This document shows, piece by piece, positions 18,232 to 26,867 of a stretch of 64,000 bases of DNA (position 1 is its first letter; every line of letters begins with the position of its first letter). The notes below the pieces were generated by a model. It searched no databases. It was not told the DNA's origin and saw only the letters and a list, made by a program, of their open reading frames with translations. The DNA comes from an uncultured bacterium (lineage in GTDB: Bacteria > Actinomycetota > Thermoleophilia > Solirubrobacterales > 70-9): the NCBI GenBank assembly GCA_963754045.1, contig CAVWEN010000002.1, forward strand, positions 1,269,475 to 1,333,474, given 5' to 3'. A program made the translations under genes and the position numbers.

Positions 18232-18885
18232 GTGGACACGCCCGCACGGGAGAGGACGGATGCAGAACTCGTTGCGGCGTTGCGTAACTGCGATCAGGCC
18301 GCCTATTCGGGGCTCGTTGCGGAGCTGACGCCGGCGCTCACGCGCTTGGCGCTCGCGCACGTTCCCAGCCGCGCGGTGGCCGACGAGGTCGTGCAGGACA
18401 CCTGGGTCGGCGTGATCAACGGGATCGATCGGTTCGAGGGGCGCTCCGCGCTTCGGACGTGGATCTTTCAGATTCTCCTCAACAACGCGCGCACGAAGGG
18501 CAAGCGCGAGAAGCGCACGCTGCCATTTTCATCGCTGCGCCGCCGGGCGGAGGAGGGGCGCGACGAGCCGGCAGTGGATGCAGACCGGTTTCAGGGTCGG
18601 CGCGACGATGAGCCTGGCGCCTGGGCGAGTCCCCCGGCAGAGTGGTCACAGCCCGACGTGAGGCTTGCAGCCAACGAGACGCGGCAGGTGCTGCTCGAGG
18701 CGATAGCCGCCCTGCCACCGCGCCAGCGCGAGGTGATCGCCCTGCGTGACATCCAGGGCTATACCGCCGTGGAGGCGCGTAACGCGCTTGGGGTGTCGGA
18801 GACCAACCAGCGAGTTCTTCTGCACCGTGCTCGTTCGAAGGTGAGGGCCGCGCTCGAGCAGCACATGGAAGCCGAGAAAGCCTGA
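18232..18885 (+). CDS. ECF-type RNA polymerase sigma-70 family factor
   Basis: Region 2 (ADEVVQDTWVGV) and region 4 HTH (REVIALRDIQGYTAVEARNALGVSETNQRVLLHRARSKV). Confidence 0.88.
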   Translation: MDTPARERTDAELVAALRNCDQAAYSGLVAELTPALTRLALAHVPSRAVADEVVQDTWVGVINGIDRFEGRSALRTWIFQILLNNARTKGKREKRTLPFSSLRRRAEEGRDEPAVDADRFQGRRDDEPGAWASPPAEWSQPDVRLAANETRQVLLEAIAALPPRQREVIALRDIQGYTAVEARNALGVSETNQRVLLHRARSKVRAALEQHMEAEKA

Positions 18886-18886
18886 G

Positions 18887-19144
18887 ATGCCGTCCGAGCA
18901 ATCGACCGAAATGACCTGCCAGCAGTTCGTCGAGATCGTCACCGACTACCTCGAGCGCCAGCTCGACGAGGCGCGGCGCGTGTGGACGGAGGAGCACCTT
19001 GCCGAGTGTGACGCCTGCCGCAACTACCTCGAGCAGATGCAAGAGACGATCGCCGCGATGCGCGGATTGGGAGAGCGGGATCTCGACGAGGCACGCCGCG
19101 ACAAGATCCTGGCCGCGATGGCTGCCCCGCGCCCGGCACACTGA
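18887..19144 (+). CDS. soluble zinc-binding (ZAS, HxxxCxxC) anti-sigma factor, RsrA-like
   Basis: 85 aa with no TM segment. Cys11, His37, Cys41, Cys44 (HLAECDAC). Starts 1 nt after the sigma gene stop. Confidence 0.8.
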   Translation: MPSEQSTEMTCQQFVEIVTDYLERQLDEARRVWTEEHLAECDACRNYLEQMQETIAAMRGLGERDLDEARRDKILAAMAAPRPAH

Positions 19145-19148
19145 CCGG

Positions 19149-20441
19149 GTGGCATTCCACGACAAGGCACGGATCTGGGTCGAGGGTGGCCGCGGCGGCA
19201 ACGGCGTGGTGTCGTTTCGACGTGAGGCCCATGTACCGCGAGGCGGCCCCGACGGAGGCGACGGCGGCCGGGGGGGCGACGTCGTGTTCGTGTGCGACCC
19301 GTCGCGCCGCGATTTGGCTTCCCTTCGGATCGCCCGCCACTATCGCGCCGGGCGCGGAGGCCATGGCCAGGGCAAGCAAAAGCACGGGGCACGTGGGGAC
19401 GACAGCGTGGTGCTCGTCCCGCCGGGCACGTCGGTGGAGGGCCTCGGCGGCGAGGCCTTCGACCTGGTCGCCCCCGGGCAACGGGCCGTTGTCGCGGCGG
19501 GTGGCGGCGGGGGACACGGGAACAAGCGCTTTACCTCTGCTATCCGACAGGCGCCGCGCTTCGCCGAGAGCGGGGTCGAGGGCCGATCGGGATGGGTAGA
19601 GCTGCGGCTGCGACTGCTGGCCGACGCGGGCCTGGTCGGGATGCCGAACGCCGGCAAGTCGTCGCTCCTCGCGAGACTCACGGCCGCGCGCCCCAAGGTG
19701 GGCGACTATCCGTTCACCACGCTCGACCCGGTGCTGGGGACCCTCGAGGCACCCGACCGCCAGCTCGTCCTCGCCGATATTCCGGGCCTGATCGAGGGAG
19801 CCGCGTCGGGCACCGGCCTGGGGCACGAGTTCCTCGCGCACGTGGAGCGCTGCCGGGCGCTGATCCACCTGCTTGCGATCGGCCAGGGCGAGGACCCGCT
19901 CGCGGCCTATGCCACGGTGAGGACCGAGCTAGCGGCCTACGGCGCCGGCCTCGACCGGCTCCCGGAACTGGTCCTGTTGTCCAAGCGCGACCTGGTCGAC
20001 GAGCCAGCGGCGGACGCCCAGTTGACCGAGGTACGGGCTGAGCTCGGCCCGCCTGTTGTCGGAGTGATCGCGGTGTCTTCGGCGACCGGAGCCGGCCTTG
20101 GCGAATTGACCGAAGCGCTGCTCGGCGTGGTCGGTCCCGTGGGCGAGAGGGACCCCGGCGCCGAGGGCGAACCCGAGTTCGAGGTCGAGCACGCCGTCTA
20201 CAGGCCCGCCCCAGAGCAAGGGTGGACTGTGGACCGCGAGGACGAGGATGCGTTCCGGGTGACGGGGCGCGGGATCGAGCTGCTGTTCGAGCGCCACGAC
20301 GCGTCGAACCCGGAGGCGCTGGCCTACCTCGAAGACAGGCTCCGTGAGCTGGGGGTGATCGCGGCGCTGCGCAAGGCGGGGTTCGAGCCGGGCCACGAGG
20401 TGCGGATCGGCAACGACGCGTTCGAGCTCGATCCGGGCTGA
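19149..20441 (+). CDS. obg: GTPase Obg/CgtA
   Basis: FHDKARIWVEGGRGGNGVVSFRRE, Gly-rich Obg fold, G-domain GMPNAGKSS. GTG start chosen at 19149; the ORF-track upstream extension overlaps the anti-sigma gene. Confidence 0.93.
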   Translation: MAFHDKARIWVEGGRGGNGVVSFRREAHVPRGGPDGGDGGRGGDVVFVCDPSRRDLASLRIARHYRAGRGGHGQGKQKHGARGDDSVVLVPPGTSVEGLGGEAFDLVAPGQRAVVAAGGGGGHGNKRFTSAIRQAPRFAESGVEGRSGWVELRLRLLADAGLVGMPNAGKSSLLARLTAARPKVGDYPFTTLDPVLGTLEAPDRQLVLADIPGLIEGAASGTGLGHEFLAHVERCRALIHLLAIGQGEDPLAAYATVRTELAAYGAGLDRLPELVLLSKRDLVDEPAADAQLTEVRAELGPPVVGVIAVSSATGAGLGELTEALLGVVGPVGERDPGAEGEPEFEVEHAVYRPAPEQGWTVDREDEDAFRVTGRGIELLFERHDASNPEALAYLEDRLRELGVIAALRKAGFEPGHEVRIGNDAFELDPG

Positions 20442-20502
20442 TCGCGATCCGAGGAGTAGCACCGCCCAGGAAGGATCACGCTCGCGCCTCCTCAGGCGTT
20501 CC

Positions 20503-20508
20503 TACACT
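20503..20508 (+). promoter_or_regulatory. -10-like hexamer TACACT, 7 nt before the proB ATG (leaderless geometry)
   Basis: TANNNT read directly. Confidence 0.3.
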
Positions 20509-20515
20509 CCGCCCT

Positions 20516-21607
20516 ATGACGGTGGTGGTGAAGCTCGGATCCTCGATCGTGGCCGACCCCGGTGGGGCGGTCCGCGGCGACGTGCTCGAAGGAGTCTGCG
20601 CGCAGGTGGGTGCCCTCCATGCCGGCGGGGAGGACCTGGTGATGGTCACCTCGGGCGCGATCGCGCTCGGGATGCGCCTTATGGGCTTTGATTCGCGCCC
20701 ACGCGCCATCGACGAGTTGCAGGCGGCGTCGGCGGTCGGACAGGGCTCGCTGTTTCGCGCCTATGAGCAGAGGCTGGTCGCGCACGGTGTCGAGCACGCC
20801 TCCCAGGTGCTTCTGAACTCCTCGGATATCTCCACCCGCGTCCACTACCTGAACGCGCGCGCGACGCTGCGGCGCCTGCTCGAGTGGCGGACGGTCCCCG
20901 TGATCAACGAGAACGACACCACCGCGACCGACGAGATCACCTTCGGCGACAACGACTTTCTGGCTGCGCAGGTGGCGGTGCTGCTCGGCGCGAGGCTCCT
21001 GGTTCTGCTCACGGACACGGAGGGTCTCCACACGGCCGATCCGCGCCACGACCCCGCCGCCCGCCTGGTCACCTCCGTCGACGACTTCTCAGAGCTCGAG
21101 GACCTTGACATCGGCGATCGGACTTCCCAGTTCGGCTCGGGCGGGATGCGCAGCAAGGTGGCCGCGGCCGAGATGGCCAGCGCATCGGGCGTCGAGGTGG
21201 TGATCTGCGACGGAACCGCCGCGGACACGCTCGCCTTCGCTGCCGCAGGGGACGAAGGCGGCACTCGCTTCCGCGCGCGGGAGCGGTGCGAGCCCTCGTT
21301 CAAGCTGTGGCTCCGCTACGCGAAGCCGTCGCGAGGCTCGATCGAGATCGACGCCGGCGCGGCCCGCGTGCTTCGCGAGCGGGGCTCGAGCCTGCTGCCC
21401 GTGGGCGTTACCGCCGTTGATGGGAGCTTCGAGGCCGGTGATGCCGTCGACGTGGTGAGCGACGGTGCCAGCGTGGGGAAGGGCATCGTCAACTACTCGG
21501 CTGGCGAACTGCGGCGGATCAAAGGCCTGAAGTCCTCGGAGGTGCTGGAGCTGATGCCACACGCCGCCGAGGAGGCCGTGCATCGCGACGCGTTTGTCTT
21601 GACGTAA
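20516..21607 (+). CDS. proB: glutamate 5-kinase
   Basis: Amino-acid kinase domain (VVKLGSS, VPVINENDT) plus C-terminal PUA domain. obg-proB-proA synteny. Confidence 0.93.
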   Translation: MTVVVKLGSSIVADPGGAVRGDVLEGVCAQVGALHAGGEDLVMVTSGAIALGMRLMGFDSRPRAIDELQAASAVGQGSLFRAYEQRLVAHGVEHASQVLLNSSDISTRVHYLNARATLRRLLEWRTVPVINENDTTATDEITFGDNDFLAAQVAVLLGARLLVLLTDTEGLHTADPRHDPAARLVTSVDDFSELEDLDIGDRTSQFGSGGMRSKVAAAEMASASGVEVVICDGTAADTLAFAAAGDEGGTRFRARERCEPSFKLWLRYAKPSRGSIEIDAGAARVLRERGSSLLPVGVTAVDGSFEAGDAVDVVSDGASVGKGIVNYSAGELRRIKGLKSSEVLELMPHAAEEAVHRDAFVLT

Positions 21608-21625
21608 GGCCGTACGCTTTTCCCA

Positions 21626-22891
21626 ATGGCGATCACAATCATCCGAACTGTGACCGAGGCGTGCGAGAGAGCGCGCGCGGCGTCCCGCGCACTCGCCACC
21701 GCTGAACCGGCGCTGAAGGACCGCACGCTGGCACGACTCGCGGAGCTCTTGCGAGAACGGACCGGGGACGTGCTCGAGGCCAACCTCGCCGATCTCGCCG
21801 ATGAGCGCGCCGCCGGATTGACCGCGGCATTGCGCGATCGGCTCACGCTCACGGCAGAGCGGGTCGAGGGCATGGCCGCCGGCGTCGAGGCGGTTGCGGC
21901 ACTCGACGATCCGATCGGCGAGGAGCTGGACCGCGGGGTGCTTCGCAGCGGTCTCGAGATGCGCAAAATACGTGTCCCGCTCGGCGTGGTCGCCGTGATC
22001 TACGAGGCTCGCCCCAACGTCACGATCGACTGCGCCGCTTTGACTTTGAAGTCGGGCAACGCGATCGTTTTGCGCGGCTCAAGCTATGCGGAGCGCTCGA
22101 ACGGCGCGCTCGCCGCCCTCGTCCGCGAGGCGCTCGCCGCCAACGGCCTGCCCGAGGGTTGTGTGGAGATGCTGGCCGGCGACCGCTCGGAGCTGGCGGA
22201 GCTCGCCACGGCAGACGACCTGGTCGACCTGGTGATCCCGCGCGGCGGGGAGGGGCTCAAGGCGGCGCTCAAGGAGGTCGCGACGGTGCCCGTGATCTAC
22301 GCGGCCGCCGGCAACTGCCACGTCTACGTCCACGGCGACGCCGACCTCGACATGGCTCGTCGGATCGCCGTCAACGCGAAGGTGGACCGTCCTGGCGTAT
22401 GCAACGCGGCCGAGACCTTGTTGGTCCACGCCGACGTCGCGGCGGAGTTCCTGCCCGCGGTGATGCGCGAGCTCGGCGACGCGAGCGTTGAGCTCGTCGG
22501 CGACGATCGTGCGGTGGCGGCAGCGGGCGACGAGCCGATCGGACCCGCCGACTCGGGTGACTGGGATCGCGAGTTCCTCGACCTGAAGCTCGCGGTGGGT
22601 GTGGTCGACTCGCTCGAACAGGCCATCGACCATGTCAATCGGCACGGGACCGGGCACTCGGAAGCGATCGTGACAGCCTCGGAGGAGGCGGCAGACGCGT
22701 TCACTGGTGGGGTCGACGCCGCCTGTGTCTATGTCAACGCCTCCACGCGCTTCACCGATGGGTTCGAGTTCGGGATGGGCGCCGAGATCGGCAACTCCAC
22801 CCAGAAGCTGCACGCGCGCGGCCCCATCGGCGTCCGCGAACTGACGACCTTCAAGTACGTCCTTCGGGGCGACGGGCAGATCCGGGAGTAG
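21626..22891 (+). CDS. proA: glutamate-5-semialdehyde dehydrogenase (gamma-glutamyl phosphate reductase)
   Basis: ALDH-type sequence (VIYEARPNVT, NAIVLRGS, CNAAETLLVH, HGTGHSEAIVT). Confidence 0.95.
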   Translation: MAITIIRTVTEACERARAASRALATAEPALKDRTLARLAELLRERTGDVLEANLADLADERAAGLTAALRDRLTLTAERVEGMAAGVEAVAALDDPIGEELDRGVLRSGLEMRKIRVPLGVVAVIYEARPNVTIDCAALTLKSGNAIVLRGSSYAERSNGALAALVREALAANGLPEGCVEMLAGDRSELAELATADDLVDLVIPRGGEGLKAALKEVATVPVIYAAAGNCHVYVHGDADLDMARRIAVNAKVDRPGVCNAAETLLVHADVAAEFLPAVMRELGDASVELVGDDRAVAAAGDEPIGPADSGDWDREFLDLKLAVGVVDSLEQAIDHVNRHGTGHSEAIVTASEEAADAFTGGVDAACVYVNASTRFTDGFEFGMGAEIGNSTQKLHARGPIGVRELTTFKYVLRGDGQIRE

Positions 22892-22949
22892 CGCAGTTCC
22901 CGCCGTCGGAGTTCTGGGCGGGGCGTTCAACCCGCCCCACATCGGCCAC

Positions 22950-23495
22950 TTGGTCCTTGCGCACGAGGCCGCCTCGCAGCTCGGGTTGGAGCGCGTGATC
23001 CTCGTCCCGACCGGCGAACCGCCACATCGCCGGATCGAGCTCGACCCTGGCGCCGAGGTGCGGCTGGAGATGACGCGGGTCGCGGCCGCTGACGACGAGT
23101 TGCTCGAGGTGAGCGACCTAGAGGTCGGGCTCGAGGGCCCGTCCTATACGGCGCGTACGCTTGCGGTGTTGGGAGAGCAACGGCCAGGCGACGAGCTGAC
23201 GTTCCTGATGGGGGCGGACGTGGCGGCATCGCTCGAGTCATGGCATGAGCCGAAACGCGTGCTCGAGCTTGCGCGGGTCGGCGTCGCGGCACGACCCGGA
23301 ACCGTTCTCGATGAGGCCGAGGCGGCGCTCGAGCGGCTTGGCGGCCACGACCGGATGGAGTTGATCCGCATGCCGGAGATTGGCGTCTCCTCGACGAGGA
23401 TCCGCCGCCGGGCAGCCCAGGGACGTCCGCTTCGGTACCTCGTGCCCGACGCGCTGATCGAGTTGATCCGCGAGCGGGAGCTGTACGCATCGTGA
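22950..23495 (+). CDS. nadD: nicotinate-nucleotide adenylyltransferase; coordinates use the first canonical start (TTG), but the conserved GGAFNPPHIGH motif lies upstream (frame open from 22845, only CTG at 22914)
   Basis: The HIGH-type nucleotidyltransferase motif GVLGGAFNPPHIGHL is encoded at 22908-22952. The remainder is NadD-like (ISSTRIRRR). Confidence 0.85.
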   Translation: MVLAHEAASQLGLERVILVPTGEPPHRRIELDPGAEVRLEMTRVAAADDELLEVSDLEVGLEGPSYTARTLAVLGEQRPGDELTFLMGADVAASLESWHEPKRVLELARVGVAARPGTVLDEAEAALERLGGHDRMELIRMPEIGVSSTRIRRRAAQGRPLRYLVPDALIELIRERELYAS

Positions 23496-23896
23496 GCCCC
23501 GCGGTTCCAAACGAGCGTGAGGTTGCGCTGGCGGCGAGGCGCGAGGACGATCCCTCGGCATCAGAGGCGCTGGCACGCCGGATCGCGGCGCTCGTCGACG
23601 ACAAGCTCGGCGAGGACATCGTGGTCCTCGACATGCGCGAGCTGGTCGGCTACACGGATTTCCTCGTCTTGGCGACCGCGCGCAACGAGCGGCTGGCCAA
23701 GGCGATCCACGACGACGTGCGCGAGCGGCTAAAGATCGACGAAAATTTGCTGCCTGGCCGCGCCGAAGGGGCCGGCGAGGCGCGCTGGGTGCTGCTCGAC
23801 TACCTCGACTGCGTGCTGCACCTGTTCGTCCCCGAGGCTCGCGACCACTATCGCCTGGAGCAGCTCTGGGGCGAGGCCCCCCGCCTCGGCCTCTGA
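23492..23896 (+). CDS. rsfS: ribosome silencing factor RsfS (iojap family)
   Basis: GTGA overlap with nadD. DIVVLDMRELVGYTDFLVLATARN and WVLLDY..VLHLF motifs. Confidence 0.92.
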   Translation: MSPAVPNEREVALAARREDDPSASEALARRIAALVDDKLGEDIVVLDMRELVGYTDFLVLATARNERLAKAIHDDVRERLKIDENLLPGRAEGAGEARWVLLDYLDCVLHLFVPEARDHYRLEQLWGEAPRLGL

Positions 23897-23932
23897 CCCG
23901 GCGGCCAACAGATGTCCGTCCGGGCGCGCGCT

Positions 23933-23938
23933 TAGCCT
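23933..23938 (+). promoter_or_regulatory. -10-like hexamer TAGCCT, 7 nt before the GTG at 23946 (leaderless geometry)
   Basis: TANNNT read directly. Confidence 0.3.
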
Positions 23939-23945
23939 GCGCTTC

Positions 23946-24572
23946 GTGGGTCGGAGAGCGTTCAAGCGGTCCCTGTTGGGCTATCGGCGCAGCGACGTGG
24001 ACGCCGCGATCGCACAGCGTGACGCGGCGGCGGAGGCAGCCGCCGAGCACGTCGCGACCGCGACTGTGGCAATTGCCGAGCGCGAGCAGGAGATCGCGGT
24101 GCAGGCCGAGGAAATCGTCAAGGCCCATGCCCGGATTTACGACCTCGAGCGGGTCGCCACGCGGCTCTCCGAGCGCGTGGTCGAACGCGAGGCCGAGCTA
24201 CGGGCGTTGCGCGCCCAGCTCGCCGGGGCGCTGGCCCCCAATGACCGGCCCGTATCGGAGGCGGCTCCACCGTCCGCCAACGGACACCACCCGGAGGTTG
24301 CGGCTCCCGAGCTGTTCGAGGGCCTGATCGAGGTCGAGGTCGGGCCGCTTCACGACTTCGCCCAGCTCGTGGGCTTCGAGGACGCGGCAAACGGAATGGA
24401 CGCCACCGCGGAGATCTCGGTTAAGCGCTTCGCCAAGGGCCGCGCCACGTTGGAGCTGCACCTGAGCGAGCCGGTCGAACTGTTGCGCCAGCTCGAGGAG
24501 AACGCGCCGTTTGAGTTCCGGGTGCGCGACACCCGTGGCAACCGCCTCGTGCTAGACGTCGACGCCGACTAG
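23946..24572 (+). CDS. DivIVA-domain coiled-coil protein
   Basis: N-terminal FKRSLLGYRRSDVDAAI matches the DivIVA N-terminal signature. It is followed by a long coiled coil. Confidence 0.7.
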   Translation: MGRRAFKRSLLGYRRSDVDAAIAQRDAAAEAAAEHVATATVAIAEREQEIAVQAEEIVKAHARIYDLERVATRLSERVVEREAELRALRAQLAGALAPNDRPVSEAAPPSANGHHPEVAAPELFEGLIEVEVGPLHDFAQLVGFEDAANGMDATAEISVKRFAKGRATLELHLSEPVELLRQLEENAPFEFRVRDTRGNRLVLDVDAD

Positions 24573-24590
24573 AATCTCGGCGTCGAGAAC

Positions 24591-24663
24591 GGGGCTGTAG
24601 CTCAGCTGGAAGAGCGTCGCGCTGGCAGCGCGAAGGTCAGGGGTTCGAGCCCCCTCAGCTCCA
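24591..24663 (+). tRNA. tRNA-Ala (anticodon GGC)
   Basis: Cloverleaf folded by hand. Acceptor GGGGCTG/CAGCTCC with the G3:U70 alanine identity pair, anticodon loop CTGGCAG, T-loop GGTTCGAGCC, discriminator A. CCA is not encoded. Confidence 0.93.
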
Positions 24664-24712
24664 TCAGTGCTCGCTTGCTTCCAGCGACTCCTCGCTTCAC
24701 ACCCGCGAGGCC

Positions 24713-24737
24713 GCCGGTTCGAAACCAGCCGCGCCCA
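24713..24737 (+). other. possible tRNA 3'-half remnant (T-arm plus acceptor-like GCCGGTTCGAAACCAGCCGCGCCCA)
   Basis: GGTTCGAAACC T-loop consensus followed by a 7-nt acceptor-like strand plus A. No matching 5' half upstream. Confidence 0.2.
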
Positions 24738-24800
24738 TCGAGATCGTCACTCTTCATATACGATGGGCAGCAGGGTGGATGTGGGGTTGGAGGAAGCAGC

Positions 24801-26096
24801 GTGAGTCGCCACAGAGTCCGCAGCGGCGGCGCCATCGCACCTGTCGTCATCTCGGCGATGCTGCTGGCACTTGCGCAGACCGCCGCCGCCAAGACCTATG
24901 CGCCCAGCAAGACGGGCGACAACCCCACCGGCGGCCTAACCGTCCGAGAGGCCATCACACGCGCCAACAACCACGCCGGCTCTGACCGGATCCTCCTCCG
25001 GGCTGGCAGGACTTACAAGCTGAGCCGGGTCAACCCGGCCGGGGACGAGGATCTGAACTCCACCGGCGATCTCGACATCAATGATCCTGGCGGCGCCGGC
25101 CTCAAGATCGTCAGCAACGGACGGGCCTTGGCGACCATCGACGCCAAGGGCATCGACCGGGTGTTCGAGACCCTGAGCAGCGGCACGTTCGTTCGCCTGA
25201 AGGTCCGGGGCGGCAGCACTTCTGGCAACGGCGGCGGGATCTCCCGCGGCGCCGGGGCGGTCGTGCTTCACCGGAGCCGAGTGTCCGGCAACGTCGCCGG
25301 CGGCGATGGGGGCGGGATCGAGGTCAGCGACGGCGGCCTTGTCGTCTCGCGCAGCGTGATCAGCGGCAACAGGGCCGACGCGAGTGGCGGCGGCGTCTAT
25401 GCGGAGGACGGCCCGGCGTCAATCTCGAAGAGCAGCATCAGGAACAACGTCGCCGACGCGGACGAAGACGCCAATGGTGACAGCGGCGGCCTCGAGAACG
25501 AAGATTTTATGACGATTCGGTCATCAACCGTCTCGGGCAACTCGACCTCGGGGATTGACGGCGGCGGCGGGATTCGCAACCGCTTGGGCACGCTCACCCT
25601 CGTCAACAGCACGATCGCCAGGAATACGGCCACTCACCCGACTGGCGTCGGGGGCGGTGGTCTGCGGAGCGACGGCGAAGCGCTGATCATGAACGCAGTG
25701 ACGATCGCACGCAACAGCTCTGCGGGCGACGCCGGCGGCTTCGACCACGATGCGGGCTCGTTCAGCGTCAAGAACTCTCTGATTGCCCTCAACACCGCTC
25801 CGGCCGCGCCGAACTGTCAGGGTGGCGCCGGCGTCACCTCGTTCGGCGAAAACCGAGTCGGCGACGACACCAATTGCAACTTCAATGCTGCCGCCGGCGA
25901 CCGCGTGGACCTCTTGCCGTCGCAGATCAAGATCGGCCAGCTCGCTGACAACGGCGGGCCGACGAAGACCATCAGGCTGAAACCGGGCAGCGTGGCGGTC
26001 GACAAGGCCGGCTCTGATGCTCCGAACCGCGATCAGCGGGGCGCGAAGCGGAACGACCGCGGTGGTCCCGACATAGGGGCCTTTGAGCTGAGGTAA
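24801..26096 (+). CDS. secreted right-handed parallel beta-helix repeat protein with a choice-of-anchor-Q-like C-terminus
   Basis: GGAGGAAG Shine-Dalgarno then GTG. Signal peptide ending AQTAAA. Repeated GG.GGGI / N.A...GGG turns. C-terminal DQRG...R......DIGAFE motif. Confidence 0.8.
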   Translation: MSRHRVRSGGAIAPVVISAMLLALAQTAAAKTYAPSKTGDNPTGGLTVREAITRANNHAGSDRILLRAGRTYKLSRVNPAGDEDLNSTGDLDINDPGGAGLKIVSNGRALATIDAKGIDRVFETLSSGTFVRLKVRGGSTSGNGGGISRGAGAVVLHRSRVSGNVAGGDGGGIEVSDGGLVVSRSVISGNRADASGGGVYAEDGPASISKSSIRNNVADADEDANGDSGGLENEDFMTIRSSTVSGNSTSGIDGGGGIRNRLGTLTLVNSTIARNTATHPTGVGGGGLRSDGEALIMNAVTIARNSSAGDAGGFDHDAGSFSVKNSLIALNTAPAAPNCQGGAGVTSFGENRVGDDTNCNFNAAAGDRVDLLPSQIKIGQLADNGGPTKTIRLKPGSVAVDKAGSDAPNRDQRGAKRNDRGGPDIGAFELR

Positions 26097-26185
26097 GCGC
26101 TCGCGCTGGTCGAGGGGACGATGGGGCACCAGCGCCACCCGCCACCCGCCTTTCGCCGTGGATGGACTGCGGCTTTCATTGGATG

Positions 26186-26191
26186 TAGCGT
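26186..26191 (+). promoter_or_regulatory. -10-like hexamer TAGCGT, 7 nt before the ATG at 26199 (leaderless geometry)
   Basis: TANNNT read directly. Confidence 0.3.
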
Positions 26192-26198
26192 CCGGGCC

Positions 26199-26867
26199 AT
26201 GAAGCAACTCGCCGACGGCGTCTTCCAGCTGTCCCTCTTCCCACCCAACGCGATCAACGTCTACCTGATCGACGATGTCCTGATCGACGCGTCAACCAAG
26301 TACGCGGGGCGCAAAATTGTGCGCGAGCTGAAGGGTCGCGAGGTCTCGGCACACGCGCTGACCCATGCCCACCCCGACCACCAGGGCGCCAGCCACAGAG
26401 TGTGCGAGCACTTCGGCGTGCCGTATTGGGTCGGCGAAGCCGACGCGGATGCCGCCGAGGACCCCGAGCTGATCGGCCGGCGTCAGCCCGACCACTTCAT
26501 GGCACAGCTCTTCGCAAGGACGATGACCGGGCCCGCGCACCACGTCGATCGGAAACTGAAGGAGGGCGACGACGTCGCCAGCTTCAAGGTGCTCGACGTG
26601 CCCGGCCATTCGGCGGGCCACGTGGCTTTCTGGCGCGAGTCTGACGGCGTCCTCGTCGCGGGCGACGTACTGAACAGCGCCGACGTCTACACGATGCTTC
26701 CCGGTTTGCGCGAGCCGAGGATGTACTTCACGCCTGACCCGGCGGAAAATCGCCGCTCGGCAAAGAAGCTGGGAGCCCTGGAGCCGAAGCTCGTGCTCCT
26801 CGGCCACGGGCCACCCGTCCGCGATACGAAGAAGTTCGTGGACTTCGTCAACGGCCTGCCCGACTAG
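26199..26867 (+). CDS. MBL-fold metallo-hydrolase
   Basis: THAHPDHQG (HxHxDH) motif and the later GHSAGH motif. Start set at MKQLADGV. Confidence 0.85.
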   Translation: MKQLADGVFQLSLFPPNAINVYLIDDVLIDASTKYAGRKIVRELKGREVSAHALTHAHPDHQGASHRVCEHFGVPYWVGEADADAAEDPELIGRRQPDHFMAQLFARTMTGPAHHVDRKLKEGDDVASFKVLDVPGHSAGHVAFWRESDGVLVAGDVLNSADVYTMLPGLREPRMYFTPDPAENRRSAKKLGALEPKLVLLGHGPPVRDTKKFVDFVNGLPD

